Shown: positions 49,248 through 51,820 of the stretch, one piece after another
Position numbering within the stretch: the stretch's first letter is position 1
Layout of the letters: every line of letters begins with the position of its first letter
NCBI GenBank assembly: GCA_035499145.1
Contig: DATJZK010000003.1
Location: 1 to 51,820 of the forward strand
DNA from: Thermoplasmata archaeon
GTDB lineage: Archaea; Thermoplasmatota; Thermoplasmata; Lutacidiplasmatales; UBA184
Reading direction: 5' to 3'
DNA length: 51,820 bases
The notes under the pieces: generated by a model
What the model saw: the letters and a program-made list of their open reading frames with translations, nothing else
What the model was told of the DNA's origin: nothing
Databases searched by the model: none
Position numbers and translations under genes: made by a program

Positions 49248-50552
49248 CTACGGCGTGTGGCGCGCCGGCGTCCGGGGGAACGGGGTCGTGTCGCGGATGT
49301 GCTCCCGCCGCAGGACCCAGCGGAGGAGCCGCTCGATCCCGAGGCCGAAGCCCGCGTGCGGCACGCTGCCGTGCCGCCGCAGATCGAGGTACCACTCGTA
49401 CTCGGCCGGGTTCGCGCCGACCTCCCGGATCCGCTCGGTGAGGAGCGCGACGTCCGTCTCGCGGCACGAGGCGCCGATCAGCTCGCCGTACCCCTCGGGG
49501 GCGAGGAGGTCCGCCGCCTCCGCCGTCCGCGGGTCGCCGGGCGAGCGGAGCATGTAGAACGCCTTCAGCTCGCGCGGGAAGTGCGTCACGAACAGCGGCG
49601 TCGCCGACTCGAGCGTGAGCGCCCGCTCCTCCGCTGTGCCGAGGTCGCTCCCCCACCGCACCGGAAGGCCGAGCGCGCTCAGCCGGTCGATCGCCGCGGC
49701 GTACGTGATCCGGGGGAACGGCGCACGGATCGCCGCGAGCTCGGCGGGCGGCCGCCCGAGCGCCGCGAGCTCCTTCGGCCGACGTTCGGCGAGCGCGTGC
49801 GCGACGCTCTCGACCATCCGCTCGATGAAATCGAGCAACCCGGCGAGGTCGCACCAGGCGAGCTCGACCTCGAGGTGGAGGTACTCCGTGAGATGCCGCG
49901 GCGTGCGCGACTTCTCGGCTCGGAACGACGGCGTGAGCGCGTAGACGCGCTCGTGCGGGAACAGGAGCGCCTCGAGGTACAGCTGCGCCGTCTGGGAAAG
50001 GTAGCCGGGCCGGCCGAAGTAGTCGATCTGGAACGCTTCCGCGCCGCCCTCCGCGGCGTTGCCGGAGTGGACGGGCGGCGTTACCTCGAGCACCTCCTCC
50101 CGGTCGAGGAACTCCCGGCAGGCGCGCAGCAGTTCCGCCTTCACGCGGAACGTCGCGACGTGCTCCTGCGAGCGGATCGCGAGGTGCCGATGGTCGAGGA
50201 GGAACTCCTCGGTCTGCTCGGTGAAGATCGGGAACGGGAGCCCGGGGTCGACGACCTGGATCGCGCTCGCCCGCAGCTCGCGCCCGCCGGGCGCGCGCCG
50301 ATCCTCGGCGACCGTGCCGTCGACCGTAAGGGCTCCCTCGACCTGGGCGTGCTCGGCGGCGTCGAACGCCGCGTCCCCGAGCTGGTCGCGCTTCCCCGTC
50401 ACCTGGACGATCCCCGTCCGGTCGCGGAGCTGCAGGAACAGGATCCCGCCCGACGAGCGCGACCGGAGCACCCATCCGCGGACGCGGAGCGTCTTCCCGA
50501 CGGCGTCCGGCGCGAACGCCGCCGCGACCGGCTCGAAGCCCGACCGCGTCAC
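49248..50552 (-). CDS. asnS: asparagine--tRNA ligase (class IIb; AspRS not fully excluded)
   Basis: Motif 2 FRAEKSRTPRHLTEY, LKAFYM, motif 3 HAGFGLGIERLLRW, and an N-terminal OB fold (LRVRGWVLRSRSSGGILFLQLRD). GTG at 50552 forms a GTGA overlap with the tfs stop. Confidence 0.8.
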   Translation of the reverse strand: MTRSGFEPVAAAFAPDAVGKTLRVRGWVLRSRSSGGILFLQLRDRTGIVQVTGKRDQLGDAAFDAAEHAQVEGALTVDGTVAEDRRAPGGRELRASAIQVVDPGLPFPIFTEQTEEFLLDHRHLAIRSQEHVATFRVKAELLRACREFLDREEVLEVTPPVHSGNAAEGGAEAFQIDYFGRPGYLSQTAQLYLEALLFPHERVYALTPSFRAEKSRTPRHLTEYLHLEVELAWCDLAGLLDFIERMVESVAHALAERRPKELAALGRPPAELAAIRAPFPRITYAAAIDRLSALGLPVRWGSDLGTAEERALTLESATPLFVTHFPRELKAFYMLRSPGDPRTAEAADLLAPEGYGELIGASCRETDVALLTERIREVGANPAEYEWYLDLRRHGSVPHAGFGLGIERLLRWVLRREHIRDTTPFPRTPARHTP

Positions 50553-50857
50553 TGGTACTCCCGCCACTTGTGCCCGCACTTCGTGCACTCGAAGATCCGG
50601 GTCTCGGGCTCGTCGGCGCCGCGGGTCTGCCGGAGCACCCAGTACGCTTCGTCGTTCCCGCACTTCGGGCACGTCTCGGCGGTCTTCGGCAGCGTCGCCG
50701 TCTTCGTCTCCACGACCGCGACCTCGCGGCCCGTCGGGTCGGAGTGGCGGACCTCGACGCCCCGCCCGAGCGGGACCGTCTTCCCGCAGGCGGCGCACCG
50801 CCAGACGCCGTGCGGCCGGTCGGGCCGCATCAACCGCTTGCACTGGGGGCAGAACAT
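50549..50857 (-). CDS. tfs: transcription factor S (TFS / RpoM-like)
   Basis: N-terminal zinc ribbon CPQC...CAAC. C-terminal TFIIS-type ribbon CPKCGNDEAYWVLRQTRGADEPETRIFECTKCGHKWRE. Confidence 0.85.
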   Translation of the reverse strand: MFCPQCKRLMRPDRPHGVWRCAACGKTVPLGRGVEVRHSDPTGREVAVVETKTATLPKTAETCPKCGNDEAYWVLRQTRGADEPETRIFECTKCGHKWREYQ

Positions 50858-50880
50858 CGTCGGCGCTCGACCGGGGGCCG

Positions 50881-50890
50881 GTTATTTGAC
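50881..50890 (-). promoter_or_regulatory. TATA-like element (minus strand gtcaaataac) upstream of tfs
   Basis: About 27 nt upstream of the tfs ATG (50857) and the only AT island in the gap. Confidence 0.45.
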
Positions 50891-50927
50891 GCTTCGGACC
50901 GGCGGGCGCCGGGGCGACGGCGTTCCG

Positions 50928-51820
50928 TCAGCCGACGCGCTGCCACGCGGGCGCGGAGCTCGACGGGGGCGCGTCCGGGGCGGCGACGCTGAGCGGGAGC
51001 GGCGACGGCTTGGCGCCGGGCACGAGGAGCGAGCGCATGTGCTCGGTCCGGCGCGCGAGGTCGTCCTTCGTCCCGATGTCGTGCCGGACGTAGTAGTCGC
51101 CCCGGACGTACTTCAGCGCCGATTCGACGCGCAGCCCCGCCTCGTAGATCGCGCTCGCCTCGCCGACGAGCGCGACCCCGCGGGAGCTCCCGAGCCGGAC
51201 CGCGCCGGGCCCGGCGGCGTCGACGCTGCCGTAGTAGACCTGGGCACCCGCGTCGCGGATCCCGTCCTCGTCCAGAGTGAGCGTTCCGCCCGGCTGCGCC
51301 CGGCTGCCGTACCCCGGCGGCACGAGGTACTTCACGACCGTCGCCCGCCGGCGGAACCGCAGCAGGTTCGGGTCGACGCGCCCGCCGGCGACCCCGGCGA
51401 GCAGCTCCGAGAAGTTGCCGTCCTCGTAGAGGGTCAGGACGTTCATCGCCTCGGGGTCGCCGAACCGGACGTTGAACTCGAGCAGCTTCGGGCCGGCGGC
51501 GGTGAGCATGAACCCGCCGTAGAGGACCCCCCGGAACGGGAGCCCCTCCGCGCGGAGCGCGGCGACGGTGCGCTCGATGACCTCGAGCGCCCGGTCGCTC
51601 TCCGCCGGCGAGATGAACGGGAGGAGGTGGTCCCGTTGCGAGTACGACCCCATGCCCCCCGTGTTGCCGCCCCGGTCGCCCTCCAGCGCCCGCTTGAAGT
51701 CCTGGACGAGGGGCATCGAGTAGATCCCGGAGTCCGTGACGAACGCCATCAGGCTGAACTCCTCCCCCTCGAGCTTCTCCTCGATCACGACCCGTCCCCC
51801 CTGGAGGTGGATCGACTTCG
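50928..51820 (-). CDS. purD: phosphoribosylamine--glycine ligase, C-terminal part (5' end outside window)
   Basis: VIEEKLEGEEFSLMAF, GGNTGGMGSYS and the ATP-grasp C-domain pattern. The frame stays open upstream of the track start to the window edge. Confidence 0.85.
   Translation of the reverse strand, partial: KSIHLQGGRVVIEEKLEGEEFSLMAFVTDSGIYSMPLVQDFKRALEGDRGGNTGGMGSYSQRDHLLPFISPAESDRALEVIERTVAALRAEGLPFRGVLYGGFMLTAAGPKLLEFNVRFGDPEAMNVLTLYEDGNFSELLAGVAGGRVDPNLLRFRRRATVVKYLVPPGYGSRAQPGGTLTLDEDGIRDAGAQVYYGSVDAAGPGAVRLGSSRGVALVGEASAIYEAGLRVESALKYVRGDYYVRHDIGTKDDLARRTEHMRSLLVPGAKPSPLPLSVAAPDAPPSSSAPAWQRVG

Noticed and set aside
1-51820. CRISPR arrays, rRNA genes, IS elements, tandem repeats
   Set aside because: Reading through the intergenic gaps, I saw no regularly spaced direct repeats, no rRNA-like conserved stretches and no terminal inverted repeats. 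All gaps are under 260 nt and mostly hold promoter-like AT islands.

Overview
Very GC-rich (roughly 70% by eye, not computed), extremely gene-dense chromosomal segment of an archaeon. Archaeal markers are ribosomal protein L40e, Alba, TFS, TrmB, archease, a Pcc1-like ORF, the LysW carrier protein and digeranylgeranyl-type reductase with its ferredoxin. AT-rich TATA-like islands sit 23-38 nt upstream of start codons. The lineage cannot be assigned from sequence alone; an uncultivated GC-rich euryarchaeon or Thermoplasmatota-like organism is only a guess. I call about 59 protein genes and 2 tRNAs (Gly-GCC, Leu-GAG). I saw no rRNA, CRISPR array, transposase, integrase or obvious mobile element. 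Most content is housekeeping: a LysW-type amino-acid biosynthesis operon fused to argG-argH; IleRS, AsnRS, TrxB, PurD, AspA and SerA plus an aminotransferase; tRNA methyltransferases; and a NiCoT-NikR pair. The best candidate for an uncharacterised system is a MoxR AAA+ / DUF58 / DUF4129 membrane module with two extra small membrane proteins (32941-37279). It contains a 256-nt GC-rich spacer that I cannot explain. Other points worth a second look: (1) three conserved ORFs lack a usable canonical start codon (Pcc1-like, archease, and a membrane protein after DUF58), two of them at CTGA stop/start junctions; (2) 13 canonical ATGA/GTGA stop-start overlaps, some between functionally unrelated genes; (3) three convergent gene pairs end on a shared palindromic CTAG; (4) palindromic bidirectional promoter elements (CTTAAG, TTTATA) suggest mostly leaderless mRNAs; (5) an archaeal bactofilin homologue, a DUF1614-RDD fusion, a DUF1028 plus peptidoglycan-binding-like protein, and an ACT-domain regulator divergent from the arg/lys operon. 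Many long ORFs in the supplied track are GC-driven shadow ORFs or 5' over-extensions, so I trimmed starts by hand. All family calls rest on motifs read by eye; no searches were run.
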